This document shows, piece by piece, positions 10,003 to 25,998 of a DNA stretch of 64,000 bases; position 1 is the first letter of the stretch, and the number at the start of each line of letters is the position of its first letter. The position numbers and the translations under genes are program-made. Under the pieces are notes generated by a model. That model ran no database searches, was not told the origin of the DNA, and saw only the letters and a list, made by a program, of their open reading frames with translations. The stretch comes from Octopus vulgaris (Eukaryota). Location: positions 60,202,001 through 60,266,000 of the forward strand of contig OX597815.1 of NCBI GenBank assembly GCA_951406725.2, in the 5' to 3' direction.

Positions 10003-11340
10003 TTCTATGTTTGACTTTTGCTTTATATTTGTACAAGTTGACTCCAAGTCTCACCCAGAGACCTCAAGAGACAACAGATTGGAAGTTCACGTTGTTGTTA
10101 TGCCTAGTGTGCCATATATTTGGTTGTCTTTTTTGTGTTGTACTAGTGGATGTCTAAAATAAAAAAAAATTTTAATGTTTGTTTTAAACCTTGAGATTAC
10201 ATAGAAAGTATTTTGCGTAGGATATGAGCAGTTCCCATGAGCACTATCTTTTGAATTTCTGCCATTTTGGGGTTTCCTGGTATCTGAGCTAGGTAGCAAT
10301 CAGCCCCTTTCGCTATCATTCCTAGGGCACCTATGACAACAGGTATTGTTTTAGTCTTCAGGTTCCACATTTTGCTGATTTCTATTTCAAGATCTTTATA
10401 TTTGCTTAGTTTTTGGTAGGTCTTGACAGATACGTTTATGTCAACTGGGACAGTCATATCAATGAGGAGGCATGTTCTTTGTTTGAAGTCTTTCAATATG
10501 ATGTCTAGCCTATTTGCATCTGTCTTTCTGTCAGTTTGAATGAGGAAGTTCCAGAGGAGTGAGATGTGGTCATTTTCAAGCACTGGGGGTGGTTTGTGTT
10601 CCCACCAGTTTTTTTCATAGGGCAAATCCAGGTTTTTGCAGATTACCCAGTGAATATATTGTGCAGCTCTATCATGCCTGTTGAGATACTCTGTAGGCGC
10701 TAGAAGACTGCACTTGGAGACAACATGATCAATGGTTTCATTTTGTTGCTGACATACACGACATGTTGGGCTACTGCCGATCTTTAATATGTTGGCCTGG
10801 TAGTTTATTGTTGGTAGGCATTGATCTTGAGCTGCTATGATAAACCCCTCTGTTTCAGATTTTAAGCCAGAGGCCATTAGCTATTGATGGGTCAGGGCTT
10901 TGTCAACATCTGCATTATTTGCTCTCTTTGGGTATTTGCCATAGAGAGGTTTTTCTTGCCATTTATCATTCAGAATATCTAAGGCCGCAGTTTTAGCACG
11001 GGTTTTCATGCACTTAGCTTTTTCTGTGCTTGTTTCTTGTATGTCTATCTCTAATTCCGAAATTTGTTGTATTCGGAATTCACTTAGATATTCCTTTGCC
11101 TATTTTGTTACTGAGTATGATGCTTTCTTGTTTTCATGTTTTGAGACAAGTTTTAACATCCAGTCCTCAGAGTTTTTCAGGTAGGTGTCTAGGCCAATTG
11201 TAGCAATCCTCATTGTTATTGCCAGTTGTAAAAGTCCACGGCCTCCCTCTTTTCTTGGCAGATAAAGTCATTCTGTATCTGCCTTAGGGTGGTGCATTCT
11301 ATGCATTGTCAACAGTTTTCGTATTTTTCTGTCAAGATTA
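10003..11340 (-). mobile_element. R4/Dong-clade RLE LINE family A, 5'-truncated
   Basis: ORF 10197-10877: GLKSETEGFIIAAQDQ, CCHC knuckle CRVC..ETIDHVVSKC, RHD, PD-(D/E)xK RLE, IPVVIGALG. Upstream MHHPKAD..LYLPRKEGGRGL. Flanked by (TAA)n. Confidence 0.92.
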
Positions 11341-11363
11341 CATATTACATATTACATATTACA

Positions 11364-11439
<76 letters not shown>

Positions 11440-11442
<3 letters not shown>

Positions 11443-11776
11443 TAGTTTTATTTTTATAGCGTGCTTTCACTTCACTACCGAGCGCAGCTCTGTGTGCCTT
11501 GGGTATGTGCTGTGATTTGTTGTGATGCTCTGATGGTTATTGTATGGAAAGTGTTCTGCGTAGGATGTGTGCAGTGCCTAGTAGTGCAATTTTCTGTATG
11601 TTATATGTGTTTGTAAGTCCTGGTGTTTTGGTTATGTATTTGTCTGAATATTTTTTTATCATGCCTAATGCACCTACTATGATAGGAATTGTTTCTGTTT
11701 TTAGATTCCACATTCTGGTTACCTCTATTTCCAGGTCTTTGTATTTTGAGAGTTTCTCCATTTCTTTTAGAGACAC

Positions 11777-11778
<2 letters not shown>
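11440..11778 (-). mobile_element. R4/Dong LINE family B, 3' end
   Basis: KLSKYKDLEIEVTRMWNLKTETIPIIVGALG...GTAHILRRTL plus 3' UTR, between (TAA)n tracts. Confidence 0.9.
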
Positions 11779-11845
<67 letters not shown>

Positions 11846-12534
11846 ATAATAATAATAATTATTATTATTATTGTTATTGCTATTGTTACTTCGTAACACA
11901 GTGTAGGTAAAATGCACCGGAGTCTTTAGCCATCTGTCAAGTCAGACAGATAATACTTTCCTTAAGGTGTGTATTGTGCCCAATAAGGATGCTTTTTGCA
12001 AGACATCAATCTTGCACGGGATTTCCAGTTGCCTTATGAAGTCGTGAAGTTTCAATGGGATTGAGCCCAACGCTCCGATCACCACTGGTATCACTTTTAC
12101 ATTACCCTCTCGCATTCCATACAGGCTTGCCATTTCCACTTTCAATTTGGAGTACTCTTTACTCTCTTTTACTTGTTTCAGTCATTTGACTGCGGCCATG
12201 CTGGAGTACCGCCTTTAGTCGAGCAAATCGACCCCGGGACTTATTCTTTGTAAGCCCAGTACTTATTCTGTCAGTCTGTTTTGCCGAACCGCTAAGTGAC
12301 GGGGACGTAAACACACCAGCATCGGTTGTCAAGTAATGCTAGGGGGACAAACACAGACACAGACACACACACATACATATATATACATATATACGACAGG
12401 CTTCTTTCAATTTCCGTCTACCAAATCCACTCACAAGGCATTGGTCGGCCCGGGGCTATAGCAGAAGACACTTGCCCAAGATGCCACGCAGTGGGACTGA
12501 ACCTGGAACCATGTGGTTGGTTAGCAAGCTACTT

Positions 12535-14583
12535 TATTTCAAAACATTTGCCATAAAGGCAGTACACAGATTAAGTTAGCTTTGCGGGCTGGACGAGGAC
12601 ATTAATGAAGTGAATGATAATGAAAGACAGATGATAAGGTTGGGAGAAGACAAAAAGCGCCCGCCGACTTTCGCTTCTCTAAAACATTGTTCTTTTTAAA
12701 GATAAACACAAAACGAGATATTAAACCTCTTACAATTTTTCCAATTTTTGGACTTAGCAGTCCATTATTAATAAAAATGCAAAACGAGGTATTAAACCTC
12801 TTTCAATTTTCCAATTTTTGGACTTAGCAGTCCATTATTAATACTAATAGTTCAATAATTACATATCGTCCTCGAAATAGCTTGTGCCCGCGCCCTCCAC
12901 TATCATACACGCCTCCCTCAGAACGTAATCAAGTTCCGAGTTCGCGTCGCCCGGGACCAAGCTATAATCTTCATTGAGCTCCTTTAGCCCAAGCGTCACG
13001 TCGAACGCCACGGCCTCCACAGCTATCTGCGGAGGCCATTCGGGGTCCTGTGTGAAGGCTAAAGGAGCTCCCTTGTGGTACTCTTCCATCATTTTTTTTT
13101 CAATTTCTCCTCCTCTATAGAAGAGGACCAATACGTTCAGTTCTTTCGTTGGCGGCACAGTTCCCGCCAACGTCTGCGGCTCATGGATATCAGCCGCTCG
13201 ACCTTTCTTTCTTGTTCTCCTCCTTCTTTTGGGGGAGACTGCTGACCCAGGGGACTCCGTCACCAGACACGGGGGATCGCTATCCCCCTCCGCCACCTGA
13301 GCGTTCTTTGGCGAGCAGCCATTGTTGCTCGCCTGTCTCTTTCTTTTCGTGGAGGCAACCTCCTCCACGACTTCCACCGTCTCCCCCTCCAATGAGGGGG
13401 CGGCGGGCGCCTTTTCCCCTTCATGCTCCGGGGCACCACCACGGCCCCCGAGACAATTCCTCTTGATATGTCCGGGCTTCAGGCACAGGTGACACTTGGG
13501 GGGCGTCCCTCGAGTATCACCGGGTACCTGTGCCCAGCCATTCTCAGGAAGTCCGGGAATTTCATTTCTCCCACGGCCACCGGTGTCCACAGGGTCAAAG
13601 TTGCCTTTGACCCCTCCCAGGCGACCGCGGGAGCCATTTTCACACTCAGTAGCCTGGGTCCGCTATCCCCCAGGCCTCGCCGGATGGTCTTCTCGATCCA
13701 TTCCGCCTCCGTGCCCGGGGGCAGCCCACAAACCCAGGCTCTTTTTACTTTTCTGCCACAATACGAGGGGAGGAACAAAATTTCCTCTCCCTCCAGTGGC
13801 TCGCTAGCAAATCTGGTAGCTTCCTCGGGGGTACCAAACAGCAACCACACCGTTGCAAATTTACTCCCCGAGAAATAAACTTTATCGTTGGTAGGTGGTC
13901 CCCCAACTCTTTCTCTATGGTGCTCCTGTCGAAGAGGGCGATAGCTCCACGCGACCTAGAATAGGTTCGTAGGACCACCGTCCTCTTCTCAAGACTTTCA
14001 ATCCACTGCTTGGGTGGGACAACCTCCCATTCCAAAGCAGTTGTTTCTTTTGTTGCCATGATTTTGAAAAAAAGTTCAACTAAAAGTTCAAAGTCCAATA
14101 AGAAAAAAACACAATGACAGAACAGAAAGACAAAACAGAGAAAAGGACGAAGGAAGACAGTTCAAATAATGGCAACACAGTTCTGCAACTGGTAATCCTC
14201 ACGAAACAGGGTACTCCTAGTTGCAGCACACTTGGTTCTCCCTGGTAAATCCAAGCACAATTGGTTCTCCGTGGTAAATCCAAGCGAACAAATTAATTTT
14301 TGAGGAGGGGCTATGCCTCTTCAAAATACACAATTCTCACTAAAAGGTGAGACAATAAATACGCCAACAGGCAGAACAAATACATCCGAAGCAAAGTGAA
14401 GCTTATTACGCGCAGAAAAGTGTTAACACTAATTAACATTAATGCCAAAAAAGTATTAACGGCAAGCAATAAACCTCACTATGCTTCCAAAAATATCCAA
14501 AATGTCCTACCTGTTGCCGTAAAATGTTCAATAATTCACGTTAACACGTGACATTTGCCGGAGCAAAAAACAGCACGTCTGTC
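12535..14583 (-). mobile_element. ORF1-only non-LTR retroelement (HAL1/Tx1-like), about 2.05 kb, with TSD
   Basis: aagctactt is duplicated at 12526-12534 and 14591-14599 (imperfectly extendable to about 17 bp). The 3' end reads ..TTTTGAAATAAA. One GC-rich gag-like ORF1; no RT or endonuclease. Confidence 0.75.
12859..14059 (-). pseudogene. L1/Tx1-type ORF1 (RRM-like region + CCHC zinc knuckle) with two 1-nt frameshifts
   Basis: Three overlapping ORFs join into MATKETT..TVVLRTYS..IKFISRG/KFATVWLLF..LPSYCGRK...VCGLPP..YPVILEGRPP/KCHLCLKPGHIKRNC..basic/acidic tail. Shifts are near 13865 and in the G6 run at 13498-13503. Confidence 0.75.
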
Positions 14584-15906
14584 TGGTAAGAAGCTACTTA
14601 CCACACAGCCACTCCTGCGCCTATGGTGATTTTCAATCTCTTTACTCACAACATTCATGTCATTTGGTATGGCTACATCAATGATCTGACAATATTTGTC
14701 TCTCTTATTCAATATGATAATATCCTGCCGACGGTGTTCGATTGCATGGTGCGTCTGAAAATCTTTGTCCCAGAGTATCGTTACTTTTCCATCTTCCTGC
14801 GTAACTTTACTTGGTACATGCTCATACCAGTTCTCTGTTACTGCATATTGGTATTTACGGTATAAAAGCCAATGAAGATACTCGCACACTTTATCGTGGC
14901 GGCGTTTGTATTATTTTTTTGCAATGCCTTCACATCCACTTACCAAGTGGGCCATATTTTCCACACTCTTTCCACAGAGTCTGCATTTCTGGGTGTCAGA
15001 AGTTTTATAGATGTTATACTTCCCTGAATTGGTAGCAAGAATCTGGTCTTGTGCAGTAATGGTCAAGCTTTCGGTGGTACGTTTCAAATTACCTCGCTCA
15101 AACCATGCCAACGATGCTGTATTATCCTTAACGTCTTGTGTATTCCTTTCAAACTGCCCATGCATTCTCATTGCAAGAAGGTCTTTTTTTCGCTTCTCAG
15201 CTCTTTGGTTAAACTCTTCCTTATCCATCATTTCATCTGCATTTACACCTATATCTTTCGTGGCATATTGCAGCAGGTATTCATCACTATTTATCAAATA
15301 CTCAGCAAGCGTTCTCCTTTCACTCCTTATACAATGGTCTATACTAATTAGTCCCCTGCCACCATTCTTTCTTTTCATACACAGTTTGTTTACGTTTGCT
15401 TTAGGGTGTAGCACCCCGTGCAGCGTCATCAACTTTCTCGTCCTTCTATCCAGTGTTGATATTTCCTCCTTAGTCTATTTAAGGAGGGACGCCGAAACTG
15501 CCCAGTTATTTGTTGCGGTAAACAAATTTTTGGCATTCAGGTTGGATTTCAACACCATCTAGATACACCTCGCTGACCTTGACTTTCATTTCTCTGTGCT
15601 CCAAAATCCCTAAATATCTATACCCATTACCGTCGGGTTCACCCATGGTCTTACCTGATGGTCACCACAGTTCTCTCCAGGCTGCTTTCTTCCCTCATTT
15701 CATATTGAGTATTGATCATTTGGTGATCCCAAATTCTATACCGATGTCCCTACCACACTTCTGGACTGTTTTGGTTAGGGAACCTGTCTGTTTTTCAGAT
15801 AACACTTCCAATCAGTTAAGATGATAACACTTCCAATCAATTAAAATCAGAAGCCACGAGAGCCTCTGCCTGTTACTGCATCAGGGCATTTATATTGCAT
15901 CAGGGC

Positions 15907-19395
<3,489 letters not shown>

Positions 19396-19399
19396 ATCA

Positions 19400-20020
19400 T
19401 TATGTGATGAAAACTCACAACTTATTTTGCTGAGTATGATAGAAAGTGTCAGCTGTCCACAGCCAGTAGACTAGGGTGGCACTTGTTTACTGGTCATATT
19501 TTAATAACTCTGCGGATAATTCTTGCAGTTCCAAGCAATGTGGCATATTGTAGGTATTCTATCTTCTTAGTTGCACCGATCTTTTTCAGTCATGTTGGTA
19601 GCTGAGTGCTGATACTTCCAAGTGCACCAATTACTATTGGTGTCAAGTCTACTCTCCTCATTGACCACAACCTTCGTATTTCCCACTTCAAGTCGTCATA
19701 GTTGTTTATTTTTCCTTCTTCCTTCACATTGACGCTGTTGTCACCGGGGCATGCTATGTCGATTATCATGCATGTTCTTTCTTTTTTATTCACCACAACA
19801 ATGTCTGCTTTCCGATGTCTGGTTAGGCGATCGCACTGGATCATTGCATCCTACAGGATTTTGCAATTATTATTTTTGGTGACACCTTCTGGAGTATGTC
19901 CATACCACGTCTTTGCTCTTTGTAGGCCGTGATTTTCACAGAGCTCCCAATGAATCATTCTTGTCACATTGTCATGGCGTCTTTTACATTCGCGTTGTGC
20001 TAATTTCGGCCACTGTCACA
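19400..20020 (-). mobile_element. R4/Dong LINE family E fragment
   Basis: RHD.V...IHWEL, IQCDRLTRHRKADIVVVNK..CMIIDIACPGD, PIVIGALG. Confidence 0.8.
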
Positions 20021-21049
20021 TGTACCATTATCATTATTATTATTTCTCTTTATCACAGGTTCTGTTGGAACTCCTGGAGTCTTACATGCGTATTATTATT
20101 TGCCCTAATCACCAGAAGATTTGTGTCTGAATGTTTCACACATTTTATATGGATTTTATCCTAAAAGATTCGTTAATTTATGTTTTGTAGAGAACTGAGA
20201 CACCGTACAGAAAAATCCCTCCTCTTTTGATGGTGACGCTGTTAGGGATTGTCTCTTTTATTATAACTTGGTGTTTATACAAAAAAAAATCCGTAATTTC
20301 TTAACAAAATATGGAACTGAAGAATGCCATCATAACGTTCGTGCTAGAAGGAGGTGACAGGGAAGTGACAGGTGATGTAAAGAGATATGGTGAAAGAGTT
20401 GAAAGCTTACCAAGATTCACCTTGACAACAAGCCGTAGTGCTACCACTGTAACAATAACATTAATAATGTTTCGATATCACAAACAAATTAATATCTGTT
20501 ACAGTTATATGACAGTTTGGCGACAAGGAGTATTTTGACGCAAATTGTGCAATACCGCCGCCGTGCATCTTCATCATCATTGTCACCATTCACCTCCTCA
20601 TTCTTCACTTATTTTCCCCTTCCCCACATCCTCCTTCTCCTCCTCCTCATCATCATCATCAGCAACAACAACAACAACAACAACACAATAACAAAGGCAG
20701 CAACAACAACAACGACAATGAGCAACAGATATAAAATAACAGCAACAAAGTAACAATGACAACAACAACGATAAGGTACTAGCGACGAAGTTTATATCTT
20801 TTGCTTGCTCAATAGAAAATACATACTCGAAGAAAAGAGTGAATCCATTCAAAAATACAAGGTTGATATCATTTGTAGGTGGGTAAGTAAACTTTACCCT
20901 AGGAAAACAATTATCTGCAAATTCACTCGCAGTAGAGACCCGAACTGCTGATCCAAATTGCAGCGTTATTTGAAAAATGTAAAAAGTGTGAACTGCATTC
21001 ATATATGTACATTCCTTGAAAGATACAATACGTAACAACAACAACAACA

Positions 21050-21125
<76 letters not shown>

Positions 21126-21184
21126 TTGATGTTGTTGTTGTTGTTGTTGTTGTTGTTGCTGCTGTTGTTGCTGCTGCTGCACGT

Positions 21185-21246
21185 AACCAAGGCACACAGA
21201 GCTGCGCTTGGTAGTGAAGTGAAAGCACGCTATAAAAATAAAACTA

Positions 21247-21327
<81 letters not shown>

Positions 21328-21725
21328 TATCGATATAAACGTATCTGTCAAGACCTACCAAAAACTGAGCAAATATAAAGAACTTGAAATAGAAATAAAA
21401 CAATACCTGTTGTCATAGGTGCCCTGGGAATGATAGCGAAAGGGGCTGATTGCTACCTAACTCAGATACCAGGAAACCCCAAAATGGCAGAAATTCAAAA
21501 GATAGTGCTCATGGGAACTGCTCATATCCTACGCAAAATACTTTCTATGTAATCTCAAGGTTTAAAACAAACATAATTTTCTTTTTTCTTCTTTTTTTTT
21601 TTTTTAGACTTTCACTAGTACAACACCAAAAAAACCCCAAATATATGGCACACTAGGCATAACAACAACATGAACTTCCAACCTCTTGTCTCTTGAGGTC
21701 TCTGGGTGAGACTTGGAGCCAAACA
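21185..21725 (+). mobile_element. R4/Dong family B 3' UTR (21185-21250) and family A 3' end (21330-21725), separated by (AAT)n
   Basis: Revcomp matches to 11440-11505 and 10020-10445; the family A piece has a small internal deletion. Confidence 0.85.
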
Positions 21726-21750
21726 TATAATAATAATAATAATAATAATA

Positions 21751-22298
21751 CTGATGCAGTACGAGGCAGTGGCTCTCATGGCTTCTGATCTTAACTGATT
21801 GGAAGTGTTATGTACATTGTTTTGTCTTGGTATAAAAGATGGGCTACAGCAAATATTCTGCTCAATACCACAGATTTGCTTGTCAGTTGTTTGACCTTAA
21901 CCAGTTGAGCTTGTCCCTTAGTGGCTGGCGATATGTGCATCTCTGATCACGAGCAGAAGTGGTGGGGGAGCATCATAGCCATGTGTTGAGAAGGATTCTT
22001 TGGGGTTTGAATAATTCACCTCTGGAAACATGGGTGTTTCGTTCAACGTCCTTAAATAACCCTTATTCAGGGACCTTTTGAGCGGGATGGGTTACTCGAT
22101 CTGAAGAAAATTCTAACTGGGCTCCACCTGCAAGGTCATGTGCTGTTTATCTTGATATGAGATCACCATGTCGCGCACATATGGTTGTGATGCATGTGCC
22201 TGGTGTACCCTTATCAGACGGGTAGTCATGATGGGTATACTGGGCTTCGTATATTTTACCCCAGTGTCACTTTGATGGCATGCTCTGCTCGCTCACTC

Positions 22299-22376
<78 letters not shown>

Positions 22377-22898
22377 TGGAAGTGTTATGTACATTTGGAA
22401 GTGTTATCATGTACATTGTTTTGTCTTGGTATAAAAGATGAGCTACAGCAAATATTCTCCTCAATACCATAGATTTGCTTGTCAGTTGTTTCACCTTAAC
22501 CAGTTGAGCATGTCCCATAGTGGCTGACGATATGTGCATCTCTGATCACAAGCAGAAGTAGTGGGGGAGCATCATAGCCATGTGTTGAAAGGAATTCTTT
22601 GGGGTTAGAATAATTCACCTTTGGAAACATGGGTGGTTCGTTCAGCATCGTTAAACAATCTTTATTCAGGAACCTTTTGAGCGGGATGGGCTATTCGACC
22701 AGAAGAAAATTCTAACTGGGCCCCACCTTCCAAGGTCATGCGCTGTTTATCTTGTTATGAGATCACCATGTCGCGTACATATTGTTGTGATGTATGTGCC
22801 TAGTGTACCCTTATCAGACGGTTAGACATGATGGGTAAACTGGGCTTCGTATATTTTACCCTAGTGTCACTTTGATGTCATGCACTGCTCTCTCACTC
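21751..22898 (+). mobile_element. Two copies (21751-22298, 22376-22898) of a roughly 550-bp non-coding repeat in (AAT)n
   Basis: Highly similar copies, each ending gctc(t/g)ctcactc before (AAT)n. The 5' end also occurs inverted at 15800-15910. Confidence 0.8.
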
Positions 22899-23075
<177 letters not shown>

Positions 23076-23139
23076 TATTAAGCACAAGGATTTATATTAA
23101 GAAAAACATAATGGACAGTACAAAACAAAACAAAAAAAA

Positions 23140-23177
<38 letters not shown>

Positions 23178-24628
23178 ATGATCGTGTATGGTTGTGAGGG
23201 TATTGCGTGTAAACAAGGAAACAAAAAGTCATGGGTACCCTGACTTTTGGGGTAGGTGCCTTTTTTCTTTTCCTTTTTTTCCAACTACGGTGTATATTCC
23301 GGTAAGGCCCGTTCACTCGCACCATTCTCGCCCTTTCATCCACCTTTCAGTAAACTGGCTAGAAGACAACACTTTTCTCTCTACCCTTAATAATAATGAT
23401 AATAATGATAATAATTATTACTATTAACATTAATACTTGCTGATATTATTATTATTTGTTGTTGTTGTTGTGATGGTGGTGGAGCTAATATTATTGATGA
23501 TAATTACATTTGTAATGGCGGTGGTGTTAATGAGGTAGGCGAGGAAAATGGTGATGGGCATGTAAGTGATGATGGCATTGATGATAATAATGATGATGAT
23601 GGTGGTGGTGGTAGTGGTGGCGTTGTGATAGTTGCTAGTGACGGTTCAAGTGTGGTAAAGACAGTTGAGAATGAAAATTATGGTAATGGCGCTGGTGGCG
23701 TTAGTAGTGGTGGATGAGGTAGGGACGATGGCTATAGTGACGTTGCTGGTGGCAGTAGTGATGACAGTGGTGGTAGTAGAGGTGATAGATTTATCAGTAA
23801 TATCTGTTAATGGTTATTGATGATGCTGTCAATTATTGATGGTGGTTAGTGGTGGGGAGAGAATGACACGAACAGCTACAACGACGTCCATGATGATGAT
23901 GATGATGATGATGATGACGACGACGACGACGATGACGATAATCTGCTGGTACTGCTACTGACGATGATTGTAGTGGTGATAATAGTGATGGTGATGATAA
24001 TGATTACGATTATTATAATACTGGTGATGGAGTTGATGACGGATATAATGATGGTGAATGGATGAGGATAAATGGTAATGACAATGTTGATGCTATGATG
24101 ATGATGTTGACGACGGCGACGATGCTGCTGCTGCTGATAATGGTGATGATGATGAAGATGCTGACGTTGAAGATGGTTATGATAAAGGCTGTGGTAGTGG
24201 TAACGATGGTGATGGTGGTGATGGTGGTGATAATGTTGGTGTCGGAATCCATTGATTGCATATTTCAAAGGGACACCAGCCCCTTCCTCCTCCATCCAAT
24301 TTCAACTCCACTTTGATCTCATCATCTGTTATCTTTAACTGGCTCTTTGTCGCACTACATCCCCCCCACCCATCCCACTGCTCTTTCATTCTCTCGATTT
24401 CTTCCATACCTTCCTCGCTTTCACTCCTCTGTCTTTCTTCCGTTATTAAACACATACGTACACGCACATACACGTGTGCGCTTGCTCGCACACACCTATA
24501 AGTATATATATATATATATACATATATATGAATATATATTCCTGTATCGACATATCGAAGTATTTATACACACAAATATATATTCATATATGCACACACA
24601 TACACACACATGTATATGAATATATGTA

Positions 24629-24680
<52 letters not shown>

Positions 24681-24752
24681 CATACATATATGTATATATA
24701 TATACATACATACATATATGTATATATATATATATATATATACATACATACA

Positions 24753-24784
<32 letters not shown>

Positions 24785-24813
24785 CATACATACATACATA
24801 TATGTATATATAT

Positions 24814-24882
<69 letters not shown>

Positions 24883-25041
24883 AATATTTGGAAGAGGATG
24901 CGTGACTTTCAATCATATAATATCCACTCGCATACAGACCTATGCATATGATGCCTACATATATGCATACACACATATACATATATATATATATCTAGCT
25001 GTCTATTTGTTCCTGTCTGTCTGCCTGTCTGTCTCTGTCTG

Positions 25042-25092
<51 letters not shown>

Positions 25093-25312
25093 GCATGTGT
25101 GTGTGGATATATACTTGGATATGTATGTATATTGTACAAATACACGCAAGTACACATATGTCAACACACGCTTTCACACACACATACGCACACACATACA
25201 CATACATCACTCCTGTCTATAACTCTTGTTTATCTGTGATTCGTTCGCTTTCTCATATACACAACATAATGCAAACATGCATAGACGCATACATACATAC
25301 ATACATACATAC

Positions 25313-25343
<31 letters not shown>

Positions 25344-25643
25344 CATACATACATACATACATACATACACACACACACACCTATATACATTCATATACGC
25401 ATTCGCTCATAGTTCACTCTTTCATACATATCTATGTGTGTGTGTGTGTGTGTGTGCGTGCGTATGTTTGAATGAATTTATGCATATATGTGTATGAATA
25501 TACGTATTTATGTATTTCAACATTATATGTATATATGTATATATATTTAAATATATATTTATATATATGTGTATATATATAAACATATTATTTATATATA
25601 CATGTATATTGTATACACATATATATATATAATATATGTATAT

Positions 25644-25678
<35 letters not shown>

Positions 25679-25772
25679 AAATAAATATAAGAGAGTGGTC
25701 ACTATATTGATCACTCTAGCACCAGTTAATCCATACTATTAAATTAGTATCTAATTCTCTCACCCTTATTAA

Positions 25773-25824
<52 letters not shown>

Positions 25825-25875
25825 TTATGTATGCATGTATGTGTATCTCTGTCTGTCTGTCTGTTTGTCTCCTCC

Positions 25876-25910
<35 letters not shown>

Positions 25911-25917
25911 GAGAGAG

Positions 25918-25998
<81 letters not shown>

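Larger units (their letters stand above)
12156..14622 (-). mobile_element. tRNA-derived SINE, split: body 12156-12534, head 14584-14622
   Basis: Same family as the uninterrupted copy at 29735-30150. Head GGCGCAGGAGTGGCTGTGTGGTAAG (A box); B box GGTTCAGTCCC; CORE-like TTGGGCAAGTG. Confidence 0.9.
11885..15800 (-). mobile_element. R4/Dong LINE family C, interrupted at 12156-14622 by a SINE and a nested element
   Basis: The peptide DVAIPNDMNVVSKEIE (about 14625-14680) resumes as YSKLKVEMASLYGM..VIPVVIGALG (12155 downward). Upstream CRLC..ENMAHLVSGC, LHPKANV..L...RKNGGRGL and YRYLGI. Confidence 0.88.

Noticed and set aside
13495-13505. Programmed frameshifts in the ORF1-only element and at about 46315 in the Naiad
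   Set aside because: They are single-base indels in homopolymers within conserved domains; mutation or sequencing error is more parsimonious.
21751-21812. HDV-like ribozyme at the 5' end of the 550-bp repeat
   Set aside because: A P4-like hairpin is present, but I could not assign P1/P2/P3 or the catalytic C in J4/2.
24240-24360. TCF/LEF-like sites (ttcaaag, ctttgat) as an enhancer
   Set aside because: Short motifs like these are expected by chance, and there is no independent support.
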